DNA from: Candidatus Bathyarchaeia archaeon
GTDB taxonomy: Archaea; Thermoproteota; CALKCG01; B24
Reading direction: 5' to 3'
Assembly (NCBI GenBank): GCA_038870975.1
Contig: JAVZJD010000001.1
Span: 896,001-960,000 of the forward strand
DNA: 64,000 bases
Shown here: piece after piece, positions 21,471-31,906 of the stretch
Position numbering within the stretch: the first letter of the stretch is position 1
Layout: every line of letters starts with the position of its first letter
The notes under the pieces: generated by a model
Told to the model about the DNA's origin: nothing
Databases searched by the model: none
What the model saw: the letters and a program-made list of their open reading frames with translations, nothing else
Program-made: the position numbers and the translations under genes

Positions 21471-22852
21471 ATGGCTTAAGTTTAGAGTTTATTGGAAAGC
21501 TTAAAAAGATTGTAGGAGAAGAATGGGTAATTCAAGGTGAAGAACTGGTTGCAGGATATGTACTAGATGAAACTCCTCCTCCAATAAGGCCTCAGCCGAA
21601 CTTAAACGTAGCCGTCGTTAAGCCGAAGTCTTCAGAAGAAGTTTCTGAAATCCTTAAACTGGCGAATGAATACATCGTCCCAGTTTTTCCGAAAGGTGGA
21701 GGTACTGGTCTAGTTGGAGGCTGTATACCGACAGCTCCGGGGATAGTTCTCTCTCTAGAAAGGATGAATAGGATTATAATAGACAGAGATAATTTAATGG
21801 CTGAAGTTGAAGCAGGTGCAACTTTAAGGGATCTTTTAAAAGCTTCAGATGAAGCTGGCTTATTCTTTCCACCGCATCCTGGTGATGAAGGGGCTCAAAT
21901 AGGCGGTTTAGTAGCTTGTAATGCTGGCGGAGCTAGAGCTGTTAAAACTGGGGTTATGCGTAATTACGTACGTGGTCTAGAAGTAGTCTTATCCAATGGG
22001 GAGATTTTAAAACTGGGTGGTAAGCTCTTGAAGAACAACTTCGGCTTTGACCTCATGCAACTTATAATTGGAAGCGAGGGGACTTTAGCCGTTATCACCA
22101 AGGCTTGGATACGTCTCTACCCGAAACTTCCAGCAACGGCGACGCTCATAATTCCATTTAAATCAAGAAGTGCAGCTGTTAAATCCGTCCCTAAAATTCT
22201 TCAAGAAGGCATCCTACCTTTAGCCTTAGAATATGTTGAAAAAACCCCAATTGAAAGGTCTGCTGAACGTCTAGGTTTAGAATGGCCTTGCAAAGTGGGC
22301 GAAAGCTTTCTCATAGTAGTATTAGCTGAACAATCTAGTGAAGTTTTATACAGTCAATGTGAAAAACTCTTATCCCTCTGTGGAGAATTCGAATCTCTTG
22401 AGCCTCTTCTAGCCGAGAGTAGAGAAGAACAGGAAAATATCCTGAAGATCCGCAGTGAAATATACTCCTCCCTCAAACCAGACATGGTAGACATACTAGA
22501 TGCCACAGTTCCACCAGCATCTATAGACATCTTCATGGATGAAGTTGAAGATATAGCAAAACGCTACAACACCTACCTACCGTCTTATGGACATGCCGCA
22601 GACGGAAACATCCACGTCCACATAATGAAAGAACCTAATTGGCGTAACGAAGACTACGATAAAGTCAGAGATGAAATATACACAGCAGCCGTAAGGCTCG
22701 GTGGGACGATAACAGGTGAGCATGGTGTTGGAGCGGTTAGAAGAAGAAGTTTAGAAAAGTATCTAAACCCTACACAAGTAAAACTCATGAGGGAGATTAA
22801 ACGTATATTCGACCCTAAAAATATATTAAACCCCGGCAAAGTACTACCCTAA
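21467..22852 (+). CDS. FAD-linked oxidoreductase, GlcD/D-lactate dehydrogenase family
   Basis: GGGTGLVGG, GSEGTLAVIT, GHAADGNIH, GEHGVG, DPKNILNPGK. Confidence 0.93.
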   Translation: MNGLSLEFIGKLKKIVGEEWVIQGEELVAGYVLDETPPPIRPQPNLNVAVVKPKSSEEVSEILKLANEYIVPVFPKGGGTGLVGGCIPTAPGIVLSLERMNRIIIDRDNLMAEVEAGATLRDLLKASDEAGLFFPPHPGDEGAQIGGLVACNAGGARAVKTGVMRNYVRGLEVVLSNGEILKLGGKLLKNNFGFDLMQLIIGSEGTLAVITKAWIRLYPKLPATATLIIPFKSRSAAVKSVPKILQEGILPLALEYVEKTPIERSAERLGLEWPCKVGESFLIVVLAEQSSEVLYSQCEKLLSLCGEFESLEPLLAESREEQENILKIRSEIYSSLKPDMVDILDATVPPASIDIFMDEVEDIAKRYNTYLPSYGHAADGNIHVHIMKEPNWRNEDYDKVRDEIYTAAVRLGGTITGEHGVGAVRRRSLEKYLNPTQVKLMREIKRIFDPKNILNPGKVLP

Positions 22853-22899
22853 GCCCATTTTAAAAAAATTAAAATAAGAGATGCACTAGAGATTTATAC

Positions 22900-23213
22900 G
22901 GGCGGGTAAGCCAGTGAGCGGGCTTCCGGACGCTTAAAGCGTCTGGAGGAAATTCCTCCACGCAGGTGGAACCACACCACGGCGACGTGGGGGGCGAGAG
23001 CCCCGGCTCCGGCGCAGAAAAGGCACTCCCGCCTGGTGTATGTGGATGATATGCGGCTCAACCGCTGACAATACCGAGCTGTGGAGATGAAACTGCCGTC
23101 CTGTGGGCGTCAAGGCGAATGAAGCCTATGAGCCTCCACCTGAGGCTTCGGTAGGCCGCATTAGTCAAATCCCGCATAAAACAGAAGGAGGATTACGGCT
23201 GGCATACCCGCCC
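22900..23213 (+). ncRNA. rnpB: Ribonuclease P RNA
   Basis: P1 termini GGGCGGGTA..TACCCGCCC; GAGGAAATTCCTCC and AAACAGAAGGAGGATTA form the 8-bp P4; internal GCAGAAA and GAAAC motifs. Confidence 0.93.
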
Positions 23214-23278
23214 TCTAAAACTACTTGTTTCGCAAATACGCTTACCCCCCTTGAATCGGCATATGGCGAAGTTTATCG

Positions 23279-23692
23279 TTAGAAAGGCATTGAAATTGCG
23301 AGGATTGCGCTTAAAATCGCAACTATTATGAGGAATATTATGGACGATACTATCGCTATGGATAGCGCCCCAACCCACCCCACGTCAAAAATAGACTTAT
23401 ACGATGCCAACCATGCTATGAAAGCCAGTATTACTGCTAGTACTTGTGCAAGCACCCCTAGGAATAGGTATAGAGTTATCGACGATAGAGCCATAACTAT
23501 TGTAAACACCATCGGCCCTACTAGAGTAGCCAACATGGCTTTCCCTATTGAAGCCTTTTTCCCAGCGATTATTCTAGCTGCTATGTACACTGGTATTGAT
23601 GCAAATATCCAAGCAATAAGCAGCATTAACACTAAGACTGTGAAGGATGGAATTGTCCAAACAGCAAACGGCGGAGGCATAGTTGACACCAT
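23279..23692 (-). CDS. Hypothetical membrane protein
   Basis: Four hydrophobic helices. Confidence 0.7.
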   Translation of the reverse strand: MVSTMPPPFAVWTIPSFTVLVLMLLIAWIFASIPVYIAARIIAGKKASIGKAMLATLVGPMVFTIVMALSSITLYLFLGVLAQVLAVILAFIAWLASYKSIFDVGWVGALSIAIVSSIIFLIIVAILSAILAISMPF

Positions 23693-23707
23693 ATCTATGG
23701 TATTTTC

Positions 23708-23980
23708 TTACTGGCTGGTTGAAGTTTTAGATTCCTCCTCTTTCTTCAATTCCTGTTCAATTTCTTTCTCGATGTCTTCTATGGGTTTAGGCGGAGGGGT
23801 TGTTGCCAGCGTATATCCTATCCATGCTAATATGCCCAGCACTCCTCCAACTGCTATAAAACCAGTTAGTTTAAGTACGAGTAGTGCATACTCCGTCAGG
23901 AAGACTAAGTAGGCGTAGAATAGTATGCCTAAAACCCCCGCTGCTAGTAGTAAAGCACCTATGGTTTGATCTTTACTCAT
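23708..23980 (-). CDS. Conserved small archaeal membrane protein
   Basis: Two TM helices then WIGYTLATTPPPKPIEDIEKE; SD GGTGG. Confidence 0.85.
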   Translation of the reverse strand: MSKDQTIGALLLAAGVLGILFYAYLVFLTEYALLVLKLTGFIAVGGVLGILAWIGYTLATTPPPKPIEDIEKEIEQELKKEEESKTSTSQ

Positions 23981-24075
23981 TTAGACCACCTAATATTGAA
24001 AATAGTTTAATTGTAAGCTGAATTTAAGATTTACCACAATTCAAAATGCTTCTTTATATTTCAGCTGAAGAAGCT

Positions 24076-24399
24076 TTATTTAACCAGTATTTTAGCCAGT
24101 ACATAGACGATCAAACTTACGATAAGAGCGATTGCTAATGTCGTGAAAATTGTCTGCTTCTTTTCAACCGTTGAAGTTTCACTGAAAGTTTGAATAGTGC
24201 TCTTATTGCTCATTTCCATATCTCCAGAAGAGACTTCTCGGGGAAGACCTTCTTCTATAGTAGTTTCCTTAGAAGTGTTCCCCTTTCCATCCTCAACTAC
24301 GCTGGTTTGAAGTGGAGTTTGAAGCATAGTCGAAAGTACTATGGCTAATACTACTCCAAGTACTACACTGATAACCGACTTCTTAATTTGCCCCGTCAT
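24076..24399 (-). CDS. Hypothetical membrane protein
   Basis: N- and C-terminal TM helices around an S/T/E-rich linker. Confidence 0.6.
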   Translation of the reverse strand: MTGQIKKSVISVVLGVVLAIVLSTMLQTPLQTSVVEDGKGNTSKETTIEEGLPREVSSGDMEMSNKSTIQTFSETSTVEKKQTIFTTLAIALIVSLIVYVLAKILVK

Positions 24400-24440
24400 C
24401 TAAATACTTAAACCGCGTTTTTAAGAGATAATTCTACTGT

Positions 24441-24884
24441 TTAGAACGGCCTCTTCCTCCATATTCTAAAGGTCTCAAACCATAAGATAGTAGCCGCTAT
24501 TAATGCAACTGTTAAAGCCATTAGGTTTAACGTAGACATCGTTAGAAGCTGATACACCACTATTGTCGTAAAAAAGCTTGCGTAGAATAAGTATCTTGGA
24601 AGGGCGTATCCCAGAACGTTTACAAATAGACTTAAAACGCCCACGTCGACTTTTCTAGTGACAACATACCTACCATATGCGTCTTTACCGACTAAGCCAA
24701 GCGCCTCCAATTTATCGAGGTGGTGGAACGCTAAACTTGGACTTGAAAGCCTCAAAGCCCTCTGCACTTCTCTTACACCAACCCCCCTCCTACTCCTCAA
24801 AAGATACATGTAGACTTGCAACGTCTTACCCTTAAGAGCGTATTCAATCTTCTCCATATCCACGTCTTTAGATTCTTCAGGCAT
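24441..24884 (-). CDS. Membrane-tethered winged-HTH transcriptional regulator
   Basis: GKTLQVYMYLL..GVREVQRAL.LSSPSLAFHHLDKL then two TM helices; start near MPEESKD. Confidence 0.8.
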   Translation of the reverse strand: MPEESKDVDMEKIEYALKGKTLQVYMYLLRSRRGVGVREVQRALRLSSPSLAFHHLDKLEALGLVGKDAYGRYVVTRKVDVGVLSLFVNVLGYALPRYLFYASFFTTIVVYQLLTMSTLNLMALTVALIAATILWFETFRIWRKRPF

Positions 24885-24982
24885 TTCCACTCCTCGATCA
24901 AACAATTGATTGGATAAGAATAAGCATTTCCCCATTTAAAAGTCGTTTTCAGCAATCGGGCGAAGCTTAAGCCAGTCAAGCA

Positions 24983-26083
24983 TCAGTATAAGACCTCTTC
25001 CAGCCTACCACTTTCCATAGCCTTCTTAAGCTCTAAAGCTATACGCTTACCTGTAGACATAGGCTCGTTGAAAATGTACGGCGTGTACGGTGAACTTTGA
25101 GGGTATAGATTCGTCCCCGCAACTATCCTAGCGGAAACCTCGAAAACCGTAAAACCTCTACTAGGATGATATATCGTTTCGAGACAAAATGGTCCAATTA
25201 TGCCTGGTGGGAAAAGCCTCTGAGAAGCCAATACTACTCTAGCACCCATGTCGAGGCAATCTTTTAAAAGACTCTCTCTTAAAATCAGAGGCTGATTTCC
25301 CGTAACAGTATAGTCAAAGAACTCCGTTGGAACATTCGGTAGCCCCCTATAGGCTTCATCTATAGGCTCTATCCGCTTATCCATACTTAAAAGCTCAAGT
25401 CTTCCCCCTTCCCCAACTCTAAATCCTCCATTTAACATCAGACTATAGAAAAAGTGGAAGTAGTAGCGTACCCCAGGTATAAACTCCTGTATAGAGACTT
25501 CTTCAAGGCTTTTTATAAGTCCTCTCCTTATGGCAGATCTAATCTTCTCCTCAAGTTCTTCTATAGAATCTGCCGTGAAATATCCAGCCCCTCCTTTTGC
25601 ACCGGGATACTTTACGAAGACTTTACAATCGGCTTCTGAAGGATTTTTAAACTCTCTAGGGGTTTTCAATCCTGCCTCTCTAAACCATTCTCTCTGTTTA
25701 GACCTATCACTCTCCCAAAGTAAAACCATTCTGTTGCCGAACATGGGAACATAAAGTTTATTGACTATGTCAACGGCTCCAACATATTCGACAAAGGAGC
25801 CGTGCGGTATTATTACGCAATTTTCCTCTATAAGCTTCTCTTGCACCTCTCTAGTAAGCACATCTTTAAACTTCCTAACTTCTATGAATAAGTCTGGTTT
25901 AGCTAAGGGGAAGGCTTCGTAGACGAATTTACGATCCGGTGTTGTTATGCCGAGAGTTTTAAACGCCAGTTCTCTAGCACCGTGGAAGATTTGAAGCGCT
26001 GAATGAGAACATATGGTTGAAATCGTTATTCTACTTTTATCGTACTTTGAAACGACCTCTTCAATCTCTTCTCTCGTTATCAT
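24983..26083 (-). CDS. purP: 5-formaminoimidazole-4-carboxamide ribonucleotide synthetase PurP
   Basis: SHSALQI, PHGSFVEY, GAKGGAGYF, GPFCLET, EVSARIVAGTN. Confidence 0.93.
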   Translation of the reverse strand: MITREEIEEVVSKYDKSRITISTICSHSALQIFHGARELAFKTLGITTPDRKFVYEAFPLAKPDLFIEVRKFKDVLTREVQEKLIEENCVIIPHGSFVEYVGAVDIVNKLYVPMFGNRMVLLWESDRSKQREWFREAGLKTPREFKNPSEADCKVFVKYPGAKGGAGYFTADSIEELEEKIRSAIRRGLIKSLEEVSIQEFIPGVRYYFHFFYSLMLNGGFRVGEGGRLELLSMDKRIEPIDEAYRGLPNVPTEFFDYTVTGNQPLILRESLLKDCLDMGARVVLASQRLFPPGIIGPFCLETIYHPSRGFTVFEVSARIVAGTNLYPQSSPYTPYIFNEPMSTGKRIALELKKAMESGRLEEVLY

Positions 26084-27240
26084 GTTACAACTTCCCCAAG
26101 CCTATTGTGCCTATAAGCGTATGAAATTTCAATAGCAGTTAAATCTAAAACGCTTTCAACTCTATCTACTCCCAGTTCGCGGAGAATATTAGAATAACGT
26201 ATGGAAAGCCTCCTCATTTCAGGCGAAGTAGGTCCTACACATGGGCTTCCCGGGACTCTAGGGCTTACATCAAACACGTAGAACTCAAGCCTCTTACTTT
26301 CAGGGCCTTCGTACGCTATAGCTCCTTGGAGTGCGAAAGAACCTATAAGTCCCGGAGGATACTCTAACCTGCATATTTTGACGAACTTTTCAGCGGCATT
26401 ATAGACGAGCGGCTTCTGCGACTCTCTCATAGTCACTCCAAAATGGCCGATCTCCTCATTCTTAATGGGAATGTTTAGTTCAAGCTGATCCTTTGCAGGT
26501 AGGTTCAGTACTCCATGTAGATTTACCTGCCTCCTATCGTCAAATCCTAGAAAGTCAAACTCTGGAAACACATCTGTTAGAGCCCATGCGTGGAAGTTTG
26601 CATTAAACCTAGGGCCTAGTACGAATTCTTCTATTATAGATTGTTTTAAGTCTTCTTCTGCTATCACATCTTCTCTTATGAGCTTCTCAGCCTTAGCCCA
26701 ATATTCCTCTGGACTACTTGCCGTGAAGAATGCCCTTTCAAGAGGTCTTTTCTTCTGCCTAACTTTTACGATAACCAGTCTATCTATTTCCTCTGGGTTT
26801 GAAAACAGCTTAGGCATTTTAATCCCCGCCTTCTCTAAGAGCCAATATTGATTTCTTGGAAGTTGCCTCTCCTCCGTTTTAAGAAGATATCTATTCCCGT
26901 AGATTGGGATGTAGAACTTATTCTCTATGTTTTCCCATCCCACGTAAACTGTAAAAGACCTATTCGGTATGAAAATAGTGTTTAAGCTTAGAAGTTTATC
27001 TTGGACTTCATCGTTGATAATGTCTTCAAACCTGTCTAGAAGGATTACTTCATCGAATAGGAATTTATTGTATTTGGCGTAGAGCTCTTCTCTACCCTTT
27101 TGACAGACGACTACAGTTTTAAAACCAGCATATCGAGCAGATACCGCAACTTCTTCTGCGGAGTGGCTTCCAAGTACGCCTATAGCTGGCTTACCATACT
27201 TTGAAATAACCTCTTGAATCTCTCTCCTCTCAATAGCCAT
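26080..27240 (-). CDS. PurP-like ATP-grasp paralog
   Basis: GSHSA, IPNRSF, ERAFF, GHFGVTMRES, DVSPRVPGSP. Confidence 0.88.
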   Translation of the reverse strand: MAIERREIQEVISKYGKPAIGVLGSHSAEEVAVSARYAGFKTVVVCQKGREELYAKYNKFLFDEVILLDRFEDIINDEVQDKLLSLNTIFIPNRSFTVYVGWENIENKFYIPIYGNRYLLKTEERQLPRNQYWLLEKAGIKMPKLFSNPEEIDRLVIVKVRQKKRPLERAFFTASSPEEYWAKAEKLIREDVIAEEDLKQSIIEEFVLGPRFNANFHAWALTDVFPEFDFLGFDDRRQVNLHGVLNLPAKDQLELNIPIKNEEIGHFGVTMRESQKPLVYNAAEKFVKICRLEYPPGLIGSFALQGAIAYEGPESKRLEFYVFDVSPRVPGSPCVGPTSPEMRRLSIRYSNILRELGVDRVESVLDLTAIEISYAYRHNRLGEVVT

Positions 27241-27339
27241 ATGGCCACTCCTCGTTAAAAATATCGTTGATTCTGGCTTAAAAACGCTGAGAAATTCTTA
27301 AACTTTTTTAATGCCCACCACCCATAAAACCTGGAGCTT

Positions 27340-28602
27340 ATGCGGGTTAAAATGTCTGGTTTTAACAGCCTCATAACGGTAGATGAGGCTTTAAAAAGGC
27401 TCTTAGAGGCTGTTAGAAACTTTAAGCTTGACGTTGAAAAAGTATGCTTAGAAGAATCCGTTGATAGAGTGTGTGGTGAGGATTTAAAGGCCCCAGTAGA
27501 CATTCCACCCTTTGACAGGTCAGCCGTAGATGGATATGCAGTCAGATACGTAGACGTTATAAGCGCGTCACCGCATAACCCCGTAGAACTTAAAGTAGTA
27601 GGTGTCTCAGAGGCTGGATATGATTTAAAAATGCTTCCAAAAGTTAGCTCAGGAGAAGCAGTAGAGATTTACACTGGTGCTCCTCTGCCATCTGGGGCAG
27701 ACTCTGTAGTTATGGCGGAGTTCTGCAAGAGAGATGGAGACAGAGTATGGGTTTCGAGGCCTGTGGCATGTATGCAGAACATTTCACTGAGGGGTGAAGA
27801 CTTTAAAGCTGGAGAATTGGTAGTGGCTAGAGGCGTTAAATTGAAACCGTGGCATATCGGTGCTTTTGCCTCTCTAGGTATAACGAATATACTGGTTTAC
27901 CGTAGACCTAAGGTTTTAATCGCCTCGACGGGTTTAGAGCTTAAACAGTTGGGCTCTGAGGATAATCAGGGGAAGATATACGATTCAACTAGACCTATGC
28001 TTAAAGCTCTCCTGAAAAGCATAAACTGTACGGTTTTAGACCTTGGAATACTCCCCGACGAGCCTGCATACATAGCGGAAGCAATATCTAAACATTTAGA
28101 TTCAGCCGACCTAGCGGTAATTACGGGTGGTACGAGTTTAGGCTTAAGGGATGTAACACCAGAGGCTTTAAATATGTTGGAGGAGTCGGAGCTAGTCTTT
28201 CACGGGGTCCGTATGAGACCGGGTAAACCGACTGGTGCGTATGTTGCTAAAGGCAAGCTTATCTTCATGCTTTCAGGCTTTCCAGTGGCATCTTTCATAG
28301 CGTTTAAAGTCTTCATCGAACCGACTATTCATGCTATAATGGGCTCTAAGCCGGATCCACAGCCTACGGTTAGAGCGTATATTACTAGGAGGCTGGCTAA
28401 ACCAACGGGTGTTAAAGCCTATGTTAGAGTTAGAATCTACCGTTCTCAAGACAGCTTTTATGCCGAGCCTCTTAGATTAACGGGGTCTGGAATACTCTCA
28501 ACTCTAACGAGAGGTAACGGTATCCTCACTTTAGATGAAGAAGTAGAGGGTGTCGATGAAGGAGAAGAAGTTGAAGTTTTACTTACACAGGCTTTTGAGT
28601 AG
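27340..28602 (+). CDS. moeA: Molybdopterin molybdenumtransferase MoeA
   Basis: PPFDRSAVDGYAV, TGAPLPSGADSVVM, RPGKP. Confidence 0.95.
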   Translation: MRVKMSGFNSLITVDEALKRLLEAVRNFKLDVEKVCLEESVDRVCGEDLKAPVDIPPFDRSAVDGYAVRYVDVISASPHNPVELKVVGVSEAGYDLKMLPKVSSGEAVEIYTGAPLPSGADSVVMAEFCKRDGDRVWVSRPVACMQNISLRGEDFKAGELVVARGVKLKPWHIGAFASLGITNILVYRRPKVLIASTGLELKQLGSEDNQGKIYDSTRPMLKALLKSINCTVLDLGILPDEPAYIAEAISKHLDSADLAVITGGTSLGLRDVTPEALNMLEESELVFHGVRMRPGKPTGAYVAKGKLIFMLSGFPVASFIAFKVFIEPTIHAIMGSKPDPQPTVRAYITRRLAKPTGVKAYVRVRIYRSQDSFYAEPLRLTGSGILSTLTRGNGILTLDEEVEGVDEGEEVEVLLTQAFE

Positions 28603-28613
28603 GCGGTGGAATA

Positions 28614-30587
28614 TTGGCGAAAGTCTTCCACAGACTTATGAAGGTCGAGGAAGCCATAGAACTTGTTAAAAGGCATTTAAAGCCTCTTAGTCTTGAAGTG
28701 GAATATGTAGATTTGACGGAGGCCTTGGATAGGATTCTTGCAGAATCTATAGTTTCACCTGTAGACTATCCTCCTTTTGACAGAGCGACTGTAGACGGCT
28801 ATGCAGTCAACAGCGTCAGTTTACTGAATGCTGACGAGGAAAACCCGGTTAAACTTAGAGTAGTTGGAGAAGTTAAAGTCGGAGAACTTCCAAGCCTAGA
28901 AGTCAAACAAGGTGAGGCAGCTGAGATACATACAGGTGCGTCGATTCCTAAAGGAGCCGACTCAGTTGTAATGTCTGAGTACAGTAAGAGAGCAGGAGAC
29001 CATGTGCTCATCTATAGGTCGACATACCCTGGTGAAAACATCGCTCAAACTGGTACTGACTTGATGGTCGGAGAAACTCTGCTTAGAAAAGGCGTGATTT
29101 TAACACCTAGGGAGATTGGAGTACTTGCTGCTGTTGGACTCTATAAAGTTCCAGTTTACAGGCTCGTTAAAGCCGCTGTAATTTCAACGGGATGTGAAAT
29201 TCAACGGCCAGGCTTACCTTTAAAACCCGGCAGAATATACGATGTCAATAGTTATACGATTTCCTGTATGCTCAGAGGATTAGGCTGTCGATCAGATATA
29301 TTAGGCATATACCCGGATGACTTCGAAGTTCTACGTGAAGTTGTGGGGAAAGCCCTTGAAAACTACGATATTATTATATCTTCAGGGAGTACTTCAGCTG
29401 GATTTGGAGATGTAATCTACCGTGTCTTCAACAGCTTAGGTGAACCCGGTGTCCTAGTCCATGGGCTTTTAATGAAACCTGGTAAGCCTACTGTTGCAGC
29501 TGTAGTAAACGGTAAGCTTGCGTTAGGACTACCGGGTTTCCCAGTTTCAGCTATGATAGCTTTCCACGTTTTTGCGAGACCAATAATCGCATATTTAATC
29601 GGCTTCACAGTTGAAGCACCAGTCAAGGTAAAAGCTGTTCTACCGTTTAGAGTTAAAGTAGGCGGCGGAGTGAAAACCATTATACCTGTGAGCTTGACTT
29701 CAAACCCATCCGGTTTATTCTCAGCATATCCGGTTGTTGAAGAATCTGGAGCTATATGGAGACTGGCTCTATCCGACGGATACATAGAGTGCCCTGAAGA
29801 GAGAGACTTCCTCAATGAAGATGAAGAAGTTTATGTGTCACTCTTCTCTAAATCGATTAAACCAGCTGACTTGGTCTTCATTGGAAGTCATTGCCTAGGT
29901 TTAGACCTCATCCTCGAGAACACCGTAGAACCTCTTAATGTAAAGACTGTCAACGTAGGCTCACTGGGGGGCTTCTTCGCCGTTAAAAGGAGTGAAGCCG
30001 ATATTGCTGGCGTCCACCTCTTAGACTCTGAAACCTTACAGTATAATATTCCTTTTATAAAAAAATATGAGTTAGAGGGTAGAGCCGTACTAGTCAGAGG
30101 ATATATTCGAACACAGGGCTTTATAGTGAAACCTGGCAACCCTAAGAGGATAAGGGGGTTTGAGGACTTCTTCAGAGAAGATGTTACAATAGTCAATAGG
30201 AATAAAGGCTCGGGGACGAGAGCTTTAATAGATGAAGGTTTAAGGAGAGCTGCTGAAAACCTCGGATTAAGGTTTGAAGAGGCAGTTGAGAGAATTAAAG
30301 GTTATAAGTTTGAAGCTAAAACCCACTCGGCAGTAGCGTCGGCTGTAGCATATGGTAAGTGCGACGTAGGTGTAGCTGTTGAAGCGGTAGCTTACTCCTA
30401 TGGATTAGAGTTTATACCGATAGCTGAAGAACTGTATGACTTCCTAGTCTTAAGGGATAGACTTCAGAAGACGTCTGTCAAGCTTTTTATTGAAGCTCTC
30501 AGCTCTGAAAAATTTAAAAGAGCTCTTAGTGAAAGACTTAGAGGCTATAAACCTCTCAGAGAAACTGGGAGTATAATATATGGTTGA
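28614..30587 (+). CDS. moeA2: MoeA fused to a periplasmic-binding-protein-like domain (MoeA2)
   Basis: MoeA motifs followed by GSHCLG, VGSLGG, AGVHLLD, NRNKGSGTR. Confidence 0.93.
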   Translation: MAKVFHRLMKVEEAIELVKRHLKPLSLEVEYVDLTEALDRILAESIVSPVDYPPFDRATVDGYAVNSVSLLNADEENPVKLRVVGEVKVGELPSLEVKQGEAAEIHTGASIPKGADSVVMSEYSKRAGDHVLIYRSTYPGENIAQTGTDLMVGETLLRKGVILTPREIGVLAAVGLYKVPVYRLVKAAVISTGCEIQRPGLPLKPGRIYDVNSYTISCMLRGLGCRSDILGIYPDDFEVLREVVGKALENYDIIISSGSTSAGFGDVIYRVFNSLGEPGVLVHGLLMKPGKPTVAAVVNGKLALGLPGFPVSAMIAFHVFARPIIAYLIGFTVEAPVKVKAVLPFRVKVGGGVKTIIPVSLTSNPSGLFSAYPVVEESGAIWRLALSDGYIECPEERDFLNEDEEVYVSLFSKSIKPADLVFIGSHCLGLDLILENTVEPLNVKTVNVGSLGGFFAVKRSEADIAGVHLLDSETLQYNIPFIKKYELEGRAVLVRGYIRTQGFIVKPGNPKRIRGFEDFFREDVTIVNRNKGSGTRALIDEGLRRAAENLGLRFEEAVERIKGYKFEAKTHSAVASAVAYGKCDVGVAVEAVAYSYGLEFIPIAEELYDFLVLRDRLQKTSVKLFIEALSSEKFKRALSERLRGYKPLRETGSIIYG

Positions 30588-30655
30588 AAGAACCGTCAAA
30601 TCCAAGAGAAAAATAAGACTACGTTTAAAACCTAGGTTATACTTACTGTTATCGT

Positions 30656-30850
30656 ATGTGTCTCTTAAAAGTCTATTTAGATGATGGTGGAAGAAGACTT
30701 ATAGCGACCGATGTAGCCTTAATATTACGTGAAGAAGATGGCTTTAGGCTTGGCTTCTTAGAACCTGGTAAAAACGTTCTACTTAGAAAAGTAGTGCTTC
30801 AGTTGTTGGATGCAGTAAATTCTCTTGCCGTTTTCAGACCTTTAGAATAA
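30656..30850 (+). CDS. CooT-family small nickel-binding protein
   Basis: MC start (MCLLKVY), ~64 aa, Sm-like pattern. Confidence 0.6.
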   Translation: MCLLKVYLDDGGRRLIATDVALILREEDGFRLGFLEPGKNVLLRKVVLQLLDAVNSLAVFRPLE

Positions 30851-30905
30851 AGCGTCGCAATAATTCAATATTTAAAAGGGTGGTCGTCTATTCTTCTATG
30901 AGAGA

Positions 30906-31877
30906 ATGCCTAGAAGACTGGAGGAAGGATTCGACCCGAAGCTATCCTATTTAAAGACCTTCATAAAGGTTGTTGAAGAAGGTGGGTTTAGAAAAGCAGC
31001 TAAGAAGCTTAACTTATCTCCCGTGGCTGTTATGAATCATGTTAAAACCTTGGAGAAGTTTTTCGGCGTTAAATTGTTCGAGCCACGGGAAGGTCTAACC
31101 CCTGAGGGTGAAAACGTCTATATGGTTGTGAAGGAAGTTGTGAGTAGGCTTTCTCTTCTCAGAGGGCTAGTTCCAGATGTTGGGAAAGCTGGCAAGATTA
31201 AGATGACAGTTTATACGACTGAAACCCCTATGGAGTATTTACTCCCATGCTTCTTACTGAGGTTTAAAGAGTTTAACTCAAGCGTCGACTTTCAAGTTGA
31301 AGTAGGGCTCTTAGAAGACGTGAAGTCGAGCCTTAAGGAGAGATTAGCCGATGTAGGGCTCATAATGGTTCCAGAACATTTGAAAGCCTCTCTTCTAGAT
31401 GAATTCGAATGTTTAGAGATTCTGAAAGACACCCTTGTGGCAGTATTCTCCCCCCTCCATAAGATTTCGAGGATGAGGACCGTAGATATTCAAACTTTAG
31501 CTAAACAGCCGCTTATACTCGATAAGCCCGGCTCAGACAATAGGCTTTTTACAGATGAGATATTCTCTCTCAACTTAATAGACCCATCTACTTTAAACGT
31601 TAAACTCATTCTAAGAGGCTCCTCAGCTATAACAACCGCTGTAAGCCAGGGGTTCGGGGTAGGCATATTACCTGAAATGCTTACGAGGAAGTGGGTTAAA
31701 GCCGGCCTTGTATCCACCAGGCCTCTGGAGTGTAGAGGAGTTAATCTAATACTTCTATTAATTAGACAGAAAGATTCTTGGACTAATGTAGTTGAATCCT
31801 TGTGGAAGTTTGCCAAGGGTTTTAGCGAAATATACGGGAGTAATCCTCCATGTCTACAGAGATTTACATCTGTATGA
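30906..31877 (+). CDS. LysR-family transcriptional regulator
   Basis: LKTFIKVVEEGGFRKAAKKLNLS..V..HVKTLE..G..LF HTH plus substrate-binding domain. Confidence 0.92.
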   Translation: MPRRLEEGFDPKLSYLKTFIKVVEEGGFRKAAKKLNLSPVAVMNHVKTLEKFFGVKLFEPREGLTPEGENVYMVVKEVVSRLSLLRGLVPDVGKAGKIKMTVYTTETPMEYLLPCFLLRFKEFNSSVDFQVEVGLLEDVKSSLKERLADVGLIMVPEHLKASLLDEFECLEILKDTLVAVFSPLHKISRMRTVDIQTLAKQPLILDKPGSDNRLFTDEIFSLNLIDPSTLNVKLILRGSSAITTAVSQGFGVGILPEMLTRKWVKAGLVSTRPLECRGVNLILLLIRQKDSWTNVVESLWKFAKGFSEIYGSNPPCLQRFTSV

Positions 31878-31906
31878 TTTTTGCCATCATAGGCTATTGC
31901 TGAAGA

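Noticed and set aside
23328-23912. 194-aa plus-strand ORF and similar antisense ORFs such as 35272..35838
   Set aside because: Shadows of better-supported genes on the opposite strand.
24983-27240. Tandem purP paralogs
   Set aside because: Well-known arrangement in archaea.
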